Part shown: piece after piece, positions 1 to 24,035 of the stretch
Position numbering within the stretch: the first letter of the stretch is position 1
How the letters are laid out: the number at the start of each line of letters is the position of its first letter
Source: the human T2T-CHM13v2.0 reference genome, Homo sapiens
Strand: one strand, 5' to 3'
DNA: 64,000 nucleotides
Assembly: GCF_009914755.1 (NCBI RefSeq)
Contig: NC_060926.1
Position numbers and translations under genes: made by a program
Notes under the pieces: model-generated
What the model was told of the DNA's origin: nothing
Seen by the model: only the letters and a program-made list of their open reading frames with translations
Databases searched by the model: none

Positions 1-328
1 TGACCATAGGCAACCATGAAAATGGTACAGTTACAAAAGAGAGAACAAAAATCAGATAGCTTTCCAAAGTTTCTTCCCGAAATACAATTAGATTTAACAT
101 TTTAATACTATCAAAAGTTGTCTCAAACAGACTTAATTTTTTAAGTAGATGAATTCATTTGTTGGTTCTGGCTCATTTCCTTGTGCCAAGGTACCTTCTC
201 CCACTTAGTACCTGCCACTAAGTCCAAGGTACTACTATTAGAGGTCTAGTCTTTGGGGCCTAGGAGCTTTGAGTTCCTTAGAGATACTTTTAAGTACAAG
301 GCAAATCTGCCAGATGAGAAAAAGCTTA

Positions 329-685
<357 letters not shown>

Positions 686-1028
686 CTACGGGCTGCCCCG
701 CTGTCACAAAGACGAAGAGTCCCAGTTAAAAGCAGTCTTTACTCAGAGCCTTGAAACAATTAGTTTACAGAATTAAACATGACAGTATCTGGTTTCTGCT
801 ATCAACCTTCAATTATTCTCCCATATAAAGAGAACCAGAATTTCTTTCTGGTGGTAAAAAACCAAGCACCCAGAAGCACAGTAAGTGGCAGTGAGAAAAA
901 AGAAGAAACAACCAGGAAAGCCCAAGTGTCCTGCAGCCATCGGAGTTAAAGACAAATGCATCTTAAAGAGTCAGAGAGATGGACAATACTACACAACTGA
1001 CGGGTTTAACAATGACCAGTCATCTAAA

Positions 1029-1327
1029 TTTTTTTTTTTTTTTTTTTTTGAGATGAAGTCTCACACTCGCCTGGGCTGGTGTGCAGTGGGGCAATCTCGG
1101 CTCGCTGCAGCCTCCGCCTCCTGGGTTCACACCATTCTCCTGACTCAACCTCCTGAGTAGCTGGGACTACAGGTGCCCACCACCACGCACAGCTAATTTT
1201 TGTATTTTTAGTAGAGACGGGGTTTCACTATGTTGGCCAGGCTGGTCTCGAACTCCTGACCTCGTGATCCGCCCGCCTTGGCCTCCCAAAGTGCTGGGAT
1301 TACAGGCGTGAGCCACTGCGCCCGGCC
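1029..1327 (-). mobile_element. Alu (S-type)
   Basis: Poly-T followed by reverse-complement Alu ending CCCGGCC. Confidence 0.92.
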
Positions 1328-1511
1328 CTAAACTGTTTAAGCAGAAACAAACAGAAAAAAAACCCCATAGCCTCAAGATTAATTCTCACCCTTGTGAGCT
1401 GATTATCAGTCTAAAGTTTCCCTCCCTCAGGGACAGTGTGCCCTTGTACCAAGCACCTAGCCAATGGATAGGGTGAGTTGACACCTGACCAAGCCAGCTA
1501 CCAGGACGCAC

Positions 1512-1593
1512 CTGCGGGAAGAGAGGCGCAATGACAGGGCCTGTGACTTCCTCCTCTCGCTCCAGCTGCACCAGCACCACAACTGGCCCGCCA
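1512..1593 (-). CDS. SNRNP200: SNRNP200 exon 43
   Basis: 82 nt, [31 protein letters not shown] flanks. Confidence 0.95.
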
Positions 1594-1687
1594 CTGCAGG
1601 GGGAGAGGAGGGGCGCACGTCAGTGATGGGGCAGTGGGCTCAGAGCACACTATTATGCTGTGCCCAACAGGCACCACCTCTGGCTCA

Positions 1688-1936
<249 letters not shown>

Positions 1937-2044
1937 CTACACTATCAAGTCATCTAGATAAAACAGCTGCAGAAAGAACACAGCCCACAGTTGGCAGGCT
2001 CTCTAGCATCTCAACAGGGAGCACCTTCGGAGGAACCATAACTA

Positions 2045-2558
<514 letters not shown>

Positions 2559-2658
2559 CTACAAAGTGGAAGAAAAATAGCTGGTGATGAACAGGTGACC
2601 CTGCCTGAGACCAGCTCAGGCCAAAGCACCACGTGGCCCAGGCTCACACAGCCCTTCA

Positions 2659-2994
<336 letters not shown>

Positions 2995-3086
2995 CTAAAA
3001 CCAGGCAGAGAAGGAGCAGAACTGCCCGGGCTCCCCTGCTGTCCCCTGCAGTGTCATCCCGCTGACAAACACGGGCGCACCTCTCA

Positions 3087-3705
<619 letters not shown>

Positions 3706-4058
3706 CTAACTAATACCAAAATGGAAGAAGCCACACATTTAGAAAGTGCATCACTGGTGACAATACGCAGTGGGAACAGAGGTACAGCAAGTCACGAGGG
3801 CAGAGCAGTGAGCAGCCCAAGGAGGAAGGAGAGAACCAAGTAGAGGGTGAAGACCTCAACACGTGGAGCCAACGGCAGCAGCAAAAGCAAAAGGCAGCAA
3901 AATTCCATGTGGGTGGCAGGCTCGTCACAAAAGAATTGTGTAAATAAGAGAGGCAGAAGTTAAGAGACTAAAGTTACTGAAGACATCTATCAAAAGAAAG
4001 ATTAAAGAATCCATTCTGAGGCTACGGATCCAAGAGGCTCCATGAGTCTAGGACTGAC

Positions 4059-4167
4059 CTTCTTGGAGCCCTGACACATGATGACACAGCGCCCCTCATC
4101 GTCCTGCAAAGGGCGGTTGGCGTGGCCCACCATCTGAAGCACGTCATAGATGGGGTAATCCACATAG
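4059..4167 (-). CDS. SNRNP200: SNRNP200 exon 36
   Basis: 109 nt, [19 protein letters not shown]... (degenerate motif VI). Confidence 0.96.
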
Positions 4168-4509
4168 CTGGTGACAGAAGCAGGGAAAGAAGGAAAAGCC
4201 ACCTCAACACGGAGACCATGCTCAGGAAGCCCAACTCCCTTCGCCAAGTAAGAGTAAAATGTTAATACGGGGAGACACGGACAAATCACGGGACGACTCT
4301 GTTTATGAATCTCTGCACTTACAACTAGCTTCACTGGCTGGCCTGTATAACATTTTAGTATTCAGTGTAAGGGCCATGAATTTGCTGCTCAAGTGCCATG
4401 AACCAAGCTACAAAACTATCTAATGCCAAAACCAAAATAACTCCCTATTCGAGGATCAAATATGTAAGTCAAACTTCCCAAACTTTTCTCCTTTAATTAA
4501 AAAAAATTA

Positions 4510-6104
<1,595 letters not shown>

Positions 6105-6420
6105 TAGGTGTATGACCTCGACCAAGTCACTTTTCCTAATCTACAAGATGTCTGAGATTAATGACGTAACGTCAAACATTCCTCCTGGCTCTAATTTCCT
6201 ACCTCTCCCAGCTGCTGAATAAGGAAGCACAATGACTAAAAAGCAAATGTGAGCCTAGGTATTGAGACACAAAACTCTCAAACACTTGGCTCTGGTGGCA
6301 TCTCAGCTGTTAACTTCCCTAACACCTTTTCTTCATCCTAGCTTACTTTCTGTGTATCTGCAGATTCACATTCATTTTAGGAAGGAGGTCTGTGCTAACA
6401 CAGAGCACCAGTTGTACTCA

Positions 6421-6594
<174 letters not shown>

Positions 6595-7102
6595 TCATGG
6601 GCAGGCCGTGGCTTACCCTGTGCTATGTTTCAGAACTCACAGCAAGGCTGGCTAGGAACAAGGTCTAACATGAATGAGAGCTAACACATTGCTATGAGGT
6701 AGCTCCACGCTGCTGGTGCCTTGCTCTGGGACTATCCAGGAGAAAACAAGTCATCATAGAACAGAACCCAAAGCCCAGGAACACCAAGGCAAAACTACAG
6801 CTGATGGACTGCTCCTCTGACCAGAAAGTGCTAACACTCATGCAGCCACGGGCTGGCTCAGCCATGCCAGCAAAACAGAGATCACTCTAAGCATGCCCCA
6901 AACAGGCAGATTCAAGGGCCAAAGAGTGACAGGAAGTGATTCTGGCAGAAGAATCTCCAATGAGGCTCCAATAAACAGTATTAAAACGTAAATCTTTGCA
7001 CAAAATGCCACAGGGCAACAAGAGACAGTGGCCAGCAAGAGTGAGCTCAAGGGAGAATCAGAGCTCTCCTCTGTGCTAATCTCTAAAGTCTAACTATCTT
7101 GG

Positions 7103-7493
7103 TGAGACGGTTTGGATCTGTGTCTCCACCAAATCTCGTCGACCTGTAGTCTCCAGTGTTGGAGGAAGGGCCTGGTGGGAGATGACTGGCTAATGGAGGC
7201 AGAGTTCTCATGAATGGTTTAGCACCACCCACCCTTGGTACTGTCTAGTGAATGAGTTCTCACGAGATCTGGTTGTTCAAAAGTGTGTAGCACCTCCCCA
7301 CTCACTCTCTCGGTCCTGACTCCTGCCATATAAGATGCCTGCTTCCCCTTTGCCTTCCCTGAGGCCTTCCCAGAAGCAGATAACACCATGTTTCATGTAC
7401 AGCCTGCAGAACTGAGTCAATTAAACCTCCTTTCTTTATAAATGACCCAGTATCAGGTATTTCTTTATAGCAATACAAGAACGGACTAATACA
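7103..7493 (+). mobile_element. MaLR solo LTR (MST-type)
   Basis: TGAGACGGTTTGGATCTGTGTC...CTAATACA termini, 5-bp TSD CTTGG at 7098-7102 and 7494-7498. Confidence 0.85.
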
Positions 7494-7782
7494 CTTGGGG
7501 AGTCTGGTATCCACGGAGAATCAGCGGTCTGGTGGCCAAAGGTCCTGGACTCTAGAAAACCAGGTTCTGAAATAGCACAACCTGATGTGTCTGCCTGTTT
7601 TCTCACCTGGCAAGTAGGGATAGTGTTTGTCTCACCTGCCTCACGAGGTTCTTGGGAGGATCAAATGAGTTAACAGCCAAGAGTCCTAAACAGTATTTTG
7701 AAAATCTCTGGTATGCTGTAGAGAAAACACTGCCACCCGCACCCCTCAAGTTTAACACCACCACTTGGTGATACCCTTGCTA

Positions 7783-7986
<204 letters not shown>

Positions 7987-8141
7987 TCAGAGTAGTTCAA
8001 TTCCTGGCAGACACTTTGCCAGCTGTGCAGAACCTGGCCCCAAGCAACATGGGCTAACCCCACCCTCATAAAGAGGACACCCTTGGAGTAGGCCAGCCTC
8101 ACTTAACCTAACCCCAACCCCCAGACGCCAGGCCCCACCTA

Positions 8142-8378
<237 letters not shown>

Positions 8379-8381
8379 CTA

Positions 8382-8636
<255 letters not shown>

Positions 8637-8926
8637 TCACTGCAGGCCAAGGCTCCCATCCTCTGCCTGGAGGTCCCCTTTGTGAACAGCCCAACAGCCT
8701 CAAAATGACCTCATTCTTCCTTCTAACTAGGAGCTCTCATGTGTTTGGTTCTACCTCCTCCACGGCAGCCAACCTCCACTAAACAATACTGTTTTCCTAA
8801 AGTACTACCAAAAAAGTTAACATTGTCCCTTTGGAATAGGGCAGCAGGTAGAATCCTCTGGGGAGAAGCCCCGAGCCTCCGTCCTCAGACCCAAACATTA
8901 GGTCCAATGCCAAGGCCACTTGGTCA

Positions 8927-9304
<378 letters not shown>

Positions 9305-9350
9305 CTACGTTCTAATCCCATAGCAGCCTCTATGCGATGCGATGGGGCAG

Positions 9351-9766
<416 letters not shown>

Positions 9767-9784
9767 TGACACAGCGCCACGTCA

Positions 9785-10021
<237 letters not shown>

Positions 10022-10886
10022 TCAAAACAAAGGACAACATACGAAATGAAGTCAGGCAGTTCTGGAGTGCAGACAGAGGAGCTAAGGCATCCAAGCCTCT
10101 AACTCCAGGCCAGCCCTACTGTACCCCCTTACCTGCTCCCACTTAACAGTTAAAGGGGAAGAGGCCAAGATCAAGAGCCCAGGTCCCCTGGAGATGTGTG
10201 GGATGACAACAAAAGCAAAGCAAAAGAAGCCACACATTCTTCTTTGCTTCTCAGGGACTAGGATGCGGGACAGAAAGGAACTGGATCCCTTTCTCTGCCC
10301 CTTCAACACTCTCCTGCGTTTCCTAGAAATAGCCTAAGGTAGAAAGTAAGAGCCTTATCCCTGGCATCAAGACTGAATTAAAATCCAAGTTCTACTATTT
10401 ATCAGTTGGTTCAACTGGGGAACCCTCTATGCCTCAGTTCCTCACCTATAAAAGGAACACTAATGGCAGTATCTCCAATAGAGATTCCTTTTAGGCTTGA
10501 TGGGAGGAATAAGAGAGAAAACACCGGTGATGTACTCAGCCATGGACTGAGGAAACAGTGCCTGCTCTGTGAATGTCCCCGTTATTTATCATGATGTGGT
10601 GAGGAGGCTTCAGTGCCACCCCATGGTTCTGGTTCAATACTTGAGCGCCAGGGGCAGGCCTCTAAGCCTCCTGGGCCCGAGAAATGACCATGCCATGTAA
10701 GGCCTTGCTCTATTGCCCCTCCACAGTGACACATGCAGAGCAGCAAAGCAACCAAAGGCTTCTGACAAAGGAAAAAGTCCTGGTGGGTCCCAGCGGTCAC
10801 ACTGAGGAGCTCCCAGACCTCCCAAGTGCCTGAGCACCCCCACTCCCCTGCCTGCCACAGAGCACATCTGTCTCCCGGTGACTTCA

Positions 10887-11138
<252 letters not shown>

Positions 11139-11179
11139 TCACTGGCCTCTAGATCCCCTCCATGAACACTGGAAACCTA

Positions 11180-11967
<788 letters not shown>

Positions 11968-12046
11968 CTAGGAACAGGAAGACTACATAGGCAAACTGGG
12001 AGAGACACCCAGGCAGTGAGGACAAGGGCGAGAGCATCCCACACAC

Positions 12047-12165
12047 CAATCTCATTATGATTCAGGTCGTACAGACGCTCAAAGGGGAAATTCTTCTTCT
12101 CAATCTTCTTCACTACTTCCTCAGGGAGTTTCCGGAACTGGCGCAGAGGACACATGGACTGCCAC
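12047..12165 (-). CDS. SNRNP200: SNRNP200 exon 26
   Basis: 119 nt, [10 protein letters not shown]...DLNHNEI. Confidence 0.96.
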
Positions 12166-12469
12166 CTATCCAGGAAGGAGGCAAAGCTGTTGGTCCCTTC
12201 TGCAGGGATGTGACAAACCACCCACTTCATGGCTTCCAATAGTTTAGCAGTGACTACACAAAACACAGTCATTAAAGGCAGACACTGACACTGTGCCAGC
12301 CCTGGCCTCCACCACAGAGGGCCTTCCCTCTTCTCAATGTGCACCAAGGTTCAGGTCATACTTCCGATGTCAGGTCTGGAGATCAGATGCACCCTGAGGC
12401 TTTCCCATCAGACCCTTGGGTTGGGGACCCCCACTCATGGTGACCAGCATCCAGCTCACTGGGTCCTTA

Positions 12470-12577
<108 letters not shown>

Positions 12578-13270
12578 CTAAGCAAAGAAGCAGCATTCCC
12601 ACTGTTAAGTCTCGACTATCCCCAGGCCTCATGAGCCACTCTACACACGGTTTCATTACCTCCAGCTCTGACACAACCACCCACCCTAACTCAAAGGCAA
12701 AGTCCCCTCTGTCTTTACGCCTTTCTCCGTTCCATATAGTAGATGCTTGCCGGATGGGGAACAATTAGAAGAGTGCTGCGGCTCAAGGTCACTGCACAAC
12801 ATTTTAACCTAACATTCACTGCATGATTTTAAAGCTTTTGAGTCATTTAGCATTTAGAGTTCTAGGAAGAGTTGAGGGTACCAGTGACCTGTTCTTAGAG
12901 GTAAAGATGAAGAGCAGCTAATAAAACCCTGTGCCATTTTTGGATTTATTTATGAGCTGTGCAGCAACAGTGGGAAATCACTTTGCTGCTGGGAAGCAGA
13001 CACTGCGTGCTGTGGCTCTTCCTGTCTCTCTGAGGGCCCGTGGAGCCTCGAAGCATTCCCTCTTAAGGTCTTACCTTTCCCACGTGCTCAAGATGTATAC
13101 TACAGAGTGGCTGTACCACACATGCACCAACCAACTACCCGGCAAGAGCAGAACTAAGCACTCCTCCCATCTCACTAGGGTCGGGCCTCCTTTCCCCAGG
13201 ATGCACACAGCACACAGGGATTGAACTGTTCAGGCCCCTTCTCACAGCTGCCATACAACTCCGCTCTCAC

Positions 13271-13354
13271 CTGTGTGACATACACCATGTCAGCCATCAG
13301 TGCAAAGCCCTCCAATTTCAGCTGTGAGATGAAGGCTTGCAGAAGAACGTTGAT
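13271..13354 (-). CDS. SNRNP200: SNRNP200 exon 24
   Basis: 84 nt, [28 protein letters not shown]. Confidence 0.96.
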
Positions 13355-13605
13355 CTGTAAAGAAGCAAAATCAGCCAGCAGGAGACCAATCACTGAACAG
13401 TCCAAGAAAGGGAATTACATTTCTGCTCTGAGCATCCAGGCCAGGTGAGATTTGCTACAGGTCTTGATTTACAAATACTAAATAATTGTTATTTCATATA
13501 AAAAGAACATGCGAGAAGGCTGCAAAAACTAGGAGAACTGAGCAGGAAACCACACATGAACCCAAATTCAAGGTTCATCTTTTAGAAGATTATGAAAACC
13601 ACTTA

Positions 13606-14065
<460 letters not shown>

Positions 14066-14322
14066 CTATAGGTTTTTTGTACTTTTTTTTTGGTAAAGTA
14101 TATGACCCAATGTCATTATTGTCCTAATAGGACAACTGGATGAAGTCACAGCAGTACAAGTGCCAGGCCCAGGCACATGAAGAAAAACAGCAGAATAAGC
14201 TGACCCATAGTGAAATGATGTCTGCACGGACAAGACAGCTGAATTATCCACCTCAAGTTATGGGAAAAGCTACCCATTTTTCTGCTGTTCTAAGCAACAG
14301 GTGATTAGATAGGCAGTACTCA

Positions 14323-14604
<282 letters not shown>

Positions 14605-14759
14605 CTACAAGACACAGCTCATGGTTCTTAGCATGGAGAAACTCTTGATGTCCAAATGACAGGCTCCCATGAATTGCTTAGAAATTAATTCCCAACTACA
14701 AGGATGCATATTACATCGTATTCTGAATGTTTTTAGCATTTCATTATTAAAAAGATCTA

Positions 14760-15122
<363 letters not shown>

Positions 15123-15243
15123 CTAGATCAGAGACAGCGAACCAAGAATGCTATGTCAAGAGAATGTCTGAATTTTGATGCAGGGATCTACATTACAGAA
15201 CTAGACCTCTGATCTGCTAGCTTTCCAGCATCCCTGCATTTCA

Positions 15244-15423
<180 letters not shown>

Positions 15424-15813
15424 CTACAGAGGCAAAACAAGGTAATGAGGAGAACAGATGCCATCACCAGGGGTTAATATCCCTGGCTTCTCTAGGCAGT
15501 TGGCCTCAGAGCTTCTCTCAGGACTAGCCGGTAGGGCGCGTGGGGTCCCAGTACTTGTCAATGTGACACCAGAATAAAGAGGAAAGGTTTCCTTGGGTTC
15601 CTCATCTATTCAGTAATGAACATTTCAAGGTTCCAGAGGCACAAGTGCAGACTTGTATTAAACAACCTTAAAGTTACTAGAAAAGGTAAAACAGAGCCTA
15701 TCCGGAAAGAGGGAACGACAAGGGCACGCGTGCCCCCATGAGACACTGTTTGGAGCTATCTGAAGTCACCAAAGTGCTTGCTTCACTATGCTTCTCAGAC
15801 TATCCTAAACTCA

Positions 15814-16155
<342 letters not shown>

Positions 16156-16202
16156 TCATCCAAGGACTAAGGAAATCTCCTCCCATGAGACCCTGCCCCT
16201 TA

Positions 16203-16508
<306 letters not shown>

Positions 16509-17214
16509 CTAAGGAGAAGCCACAGTTTGCTACAGTCACGAGATACTCACAGCCCCAGGGCACCTGCAGCAGGAAGCAGAAGTTGCACCATCACCACCAG
16601 AAGCCAAGGTCCTGGAGAGGGGCAAGGGCAGGAATGTGTGCAGGCTCAGAGGAAGCCTAAACACGGCTGGAAAGACTTTTAAGGGAATGCACCCACCAAG
16701 TTCACAGTCCTGGAGCTGAGAAATTAAACCAACTTCAACATCCTATCTTGAACAGCAACTTTAAATAGACTACAACTACAAATTCGGGCCTCTCAACTCA
16801 GAATTTATGTTCAAGCACCTAACAAGAGTCAAAGCTGCATGAAAATGTGTCTGCAAAATAACAACTAAAACATTACACTACTTATAAAAGGATTTAGGAA
16901 ATAAGTCTGAGACTAGTACACTGTTGTAGGGAATGAAGTCTTCCTAGTATTTAGTGCCAAGAAAAGATCTGTCTCTTCATATAAATTCATATGCTTCTTT
17001 TCATCAGACAAAAAGAAATACAAAACCAGTCACTTTTCCTTATTTTTTGTTAGTTAACATTGCTCAACTCGACTTTCAATTTAAAAATTCTATCACACTG
17101 TCTAGTAAAATGCCCTCTAGTTTTTCATTTTCCTCTTTTTATTGTCTTGCATTTTTAGTGTAAGTGACCCCAAATCTTTTATGGAGGGACCCTGGATAAT
17201 GCGAATGCACAAAA

Positions 17215-17515
17215 CAATTATCTGGGACTGGGGATTGCTTGCTGGGGGGATTTTTAATTCTCCAACTCTCTAATAGTTGTAGGGCTCTTCATGTTATCTA
17301 TTTCATCTGGGCTGAGTTTTGCTAGTTAACTGGTAGTTGTTGGAGAACTGGTCCATTTCTTCTGAATTTTTAAAGTTATGAGCATAAAATTACTCATAGT
17401 ATTCCCTTATTATCCTTCCAGTGGCTATAGGTTCTGTAGTAATATCCCATTTCATAGCTGATATTGGTGATTTATGTTGTGTCTTCTCTCTTTTAATTTC
17501 TGTCAATCTTCCCCA
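17215..17515 (-). mobile_element. Old L1 (L1M) fragment
   Basis: T-rich sequence resembling antisense L1 ORF2 (TTACTCATAGTATTCCCTTATTATCC...). Confidence 0.55.
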
Positions 17516-17519
17516 ATTA

Positions 17520-17711
<192 letters not shown>

Positions 17712-17889
17712 TCAACAGTTAGACAAATGAGGCTTTGGCAGAAAATACTGTGGGAATAAACAGTCTTTTTCACTGCCCCAAGAGCAATATTCCTCCTTTA
17801 TGATTCACACCACATCAAAACCCAAAGGCCCTTCTAAAACCCAACCCAGTAGCACTCCTTGGAAAAGAGGAAAGAGAGCAGGATGGTCA

Positions 17890-18117
<228 letters not shown>

Positions 18118-18509
18118 CTACGGAATTGGAGGACAGAAATTACCTCTAGCACTAGAGATACATAGTCCCTTTTCCTGGAATTGTCCCATATTGTAGGCAT
18201 ATAACCTAATATGCCTAAGAAAAAAGACAAGGGATCCCAAGCCACAGATGCCCAAAGGATGGAGACAATATTTCCCATGAAATACTCCAGAAAGTAACAG
18301 ACTCTGACCATGAGTTGCTTTGGTACAGTTCAGTAACATACTTTGTATAAAGAAATTCTGAAACTCAGATAAATGAGTTTAAACTTTACTTAAAGGTAAA
18401 CTTCTTTATGAAAAAGGATATAAATATGATCTGATCAGAAGCTTCACCTCTGGCAGTTATAGTTCCCAAGAACAAAAGCTATCACACATCAAATGATGAG
18501 TTTGAATAG

Positions 18510-19220
<711 letters not shown>

Positions 19221-19454
19221 AGAACACTGAAAACCAACACGTGAAGTCTCCTTTCTTGCTTTTCCCAGACAACTTAAACTATACTCAGACTTAGTCACTA
19301 ATCTCTGGAAGTTTCTGTGTATATGGAATACAATATCCTGCTTCCTCACTCATTCCCTCAGAGAATGGATTCTTTTACTTATAAAACCCTAAATGATGTT
19401 GGATATGATGGTTTTTTGTCTATCTGTTTACATTTGTTTCAAAATATTTCAGAC

Positions 19455-19493
19455 ATAGCTTCTTGGCCTTTTGGCTTAAGATCAAGTGTAGTA
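19455..19493 (+). pseudogene. 3'-truncated U2 snRNA retrocopy (nt ~1-38)
   Basis: ATAGCTTCTTGGCCTTTTGGCTTAAGATCAAGTGTAGTA vs U2 ATCGCTTCTCGGCCTTTTGGCTAAGATCAAGTGTAGTA; 17-bp TSD AAAATATTTCAGACATA at 19441-19457 and 19493-19509. Confidence 0.92.
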
Positions 19494-19536
19494 AAATATT
19501 TCAGACATAAAAAAATATATAAAGAATAACATGGCA

Positions 19537-19976
<440 letters not shown>

Positions 19977-20095
19977 TAGTCATTACAAAGGCTAGTGCCT
20001 ACAGAAAAGGCAGCAAAGAAACATTTCGCATGAAAACCCAGCAAACCCGCCCTGACACAACTGGACTCTATATTCTACGACTGCTCCCAACTCAC

Positions 20096-20266
20096 CAGAA
20101 TGATGAGCCGCACCAGCTGGGTGTAGGTGCGCTCACCACCCTTGCGGGTGATGATGTCCCACTTCTCGGGGGTGCAGACGATGATCTGAGTGGCACTGAT
20201 CTCTTCTTTGCACAGCTGGTGGTCCCCAGTCAGTTCAGCAACAGTGATGCCATAAGTGGCCAGGCG
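20096..20266 (-). CDS. SNRNP200: SNRNP200 exon 14
   Basis: 171 nt, [15 protein letters not shown]...CTPEKWD...LVRLIIL. Confidence 0.97.
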
Positions 20267-20471
20267 CTGTGGGAGGAAAACTACATCAGGCAGGAATGCT
20301 TGAAGGGGCCTGGACACCATGCTTTCTGTTTGGGCAATTGGAGTGTAGGGCATTGGGAGCAGGTATCAACCCATCAGGTGAATACAAGGCGAATCAGATC
20401 TTATGAACATATCTTCCTCAAACAAATCCAAATTTAACTCAGGCAAATAAAGCAGACAAAAGATCTCTGGG

Positions 20472-20748
<277 letters not shown>

Positions 20749-21134
20749 ACCTCTGGGAACTCTGTACACAAGAGGAAGAAATGGCAACTTGTAGATAAGA
20801 AGACCTACAATACACCACTAGGTCTATTATCATCCACATCCATTTGATGTTTCATAAACACTTCAATAACACAAATGATACGAACTGCAGAAAATTGCCA
20901 TGGAGAGGATGAAAGAAAGATGCTAACCCTTGTAAAAGATGGCTCAGGACATTCTTACTTCAGAAACTCTGTACCTGGGTTAAGTTCCATCTTGGAAATG
21001 GGGAGAGAAAAATAAAAAATAACAACAATCCCAGGAGGCATGCCAGAGATGCCCTAATACAAGAAGCGGTGAGGTCCAGGCCTGTCCACAACACTTTCAT
21101 AGGTGCACCCAGTATCCTCTGCAGGAAAGTTCTA

Positions 21135-21299
<165 letters not shown>

Positions 21300-21510
21300 C
21301 TACGGGAGAGGTCAGGGATGAGAACGCCTATTCACCTGGTTATTCTCACTGCCCTAACTTCCATGGGCTTATTTCCCAAATAGAGAATAGAGCTTGTCCT
21401 GGGCACTTTATCCTACTATTTAACCTCTCTTCCATCAAAGGACAAAGAATTAGGGGGTGGGGGTGGAAATAAAAAACAATCTTGCAACGGAAACTCCACA
21501 CCATATTCTA

Positions 21511-21678
<168 letters not shown>

Positions 21679-21880
21679 CTAGAAGAAAAGAAGTGCCATC
21701 AATATCATGTTGGCAGCATCCTTGAGCAAAACGTTATTGTGGGATTGCCAGGATTTTGTTCCCTGGCAATCTCTTTGCATAACTTTCCATTAAAGGTCAG
21801 TCCAGAGATCAATATTGTCCCCTGGGCTCAAAATCAGAATGGGAAAATTCTGTTGCAGCTTTCAGCCCTGAAATAAACTA

Positions 21881-22406
<526 letters not shown>

Positions 22407-22858
22407 CTAATACTTGAGTCACAGGTGCTGACTAGTAAGTCGTGAAACAGAAAGACAGTGCTTTACATGGGGACCACCAGAATGATCAAAGCAAACAAAC
22501 ACTTTTAAAGGGGCAATGCGCAGTACAAGGATGCCACAAATACACGTTCTATAATTAAGTACCAAGGGCTACCCCTGAGGGGTCGAAGGGTGGGTTCCAT
22601 TAAGCAAGTACATGTGTTCTGTTACTCTATTTTAGTAAACACCATGGATTTACTGTGTAAATAAACAATAAAGGTCCCCACAGTGCTGGTGAAAGATAGC
22701 AGCAGGTCACTGGTCTCATGACCAAACCAATGTGGATGTGTTGATTCTAACCTGTATGCACTGATAAACCCCAAAGAATTTAGGAAATTACTTTTTCAAC
22801 TTCCACTTTTAACATGAATTTAGCTTCATGCTGCAATCTTCTAGCCACCGTTAGCTCA

Positions 22859-23379
<521 letters not shown>

Positions 23380-23410
23380 CTAAGATACACTAAATATACA
23401 ACTATTGTCA

Positions 23411-23575
<165 letters not shown>

Positions 23576-23936
23576 CTATAAAAGTAACCAGGCATTTAGC
23601 TCACCAGGTCTCTGCCAGCCTCGATCACTTTGCCACCACCCTGCAACCAAGTTCTACTTGACAATCCATAGCCCACCTTCTTGTGAGGACTTTCCAGAGG
23701 AAAAAACTCTGGAATATTGAGTTCAGAAGCACACCAGACTAAGATTTCATCAACATACATCTTTGGGAAGGAAGAAAACCGACAGAAATTTTAAGAAACT
23801 CTAGACACTAAGTGTTTATTATAGTTCACTCCAGCAAAAAGTGGCTCAATAAATGTAACAGGACCTAGGCATGGGGAAGAAGCACTAACACCCAGAAGTA
23901 ACCTTGTAGCAATGAGGAAGAGCAAACTGAACTTAC

Positions 23937-24035
23937 ATTAGCCGAGAGGGTGCAGCGCACGACAGCCTCGTCCCCTTCCATGTCATCATCAGATGCCTCT
24001 TCTCGAACCTCCCCGTATACGTCTTCATCACCTTC
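23937..24035 (-). CDS. SNRNP200: SNRNP200 exon 6
   Basis: 99 nt, [18 protein letters not shown]...CTLSAN. Confidence 0.96.

Noticed and set aside
13071-13101. Strong donor AAAG/GTAAGA in intron 24 with a possible 25-nt exon
   Set aside because: The upstream acceptor has a poor pyrimidine tract; isolated consensus donors are common by chance
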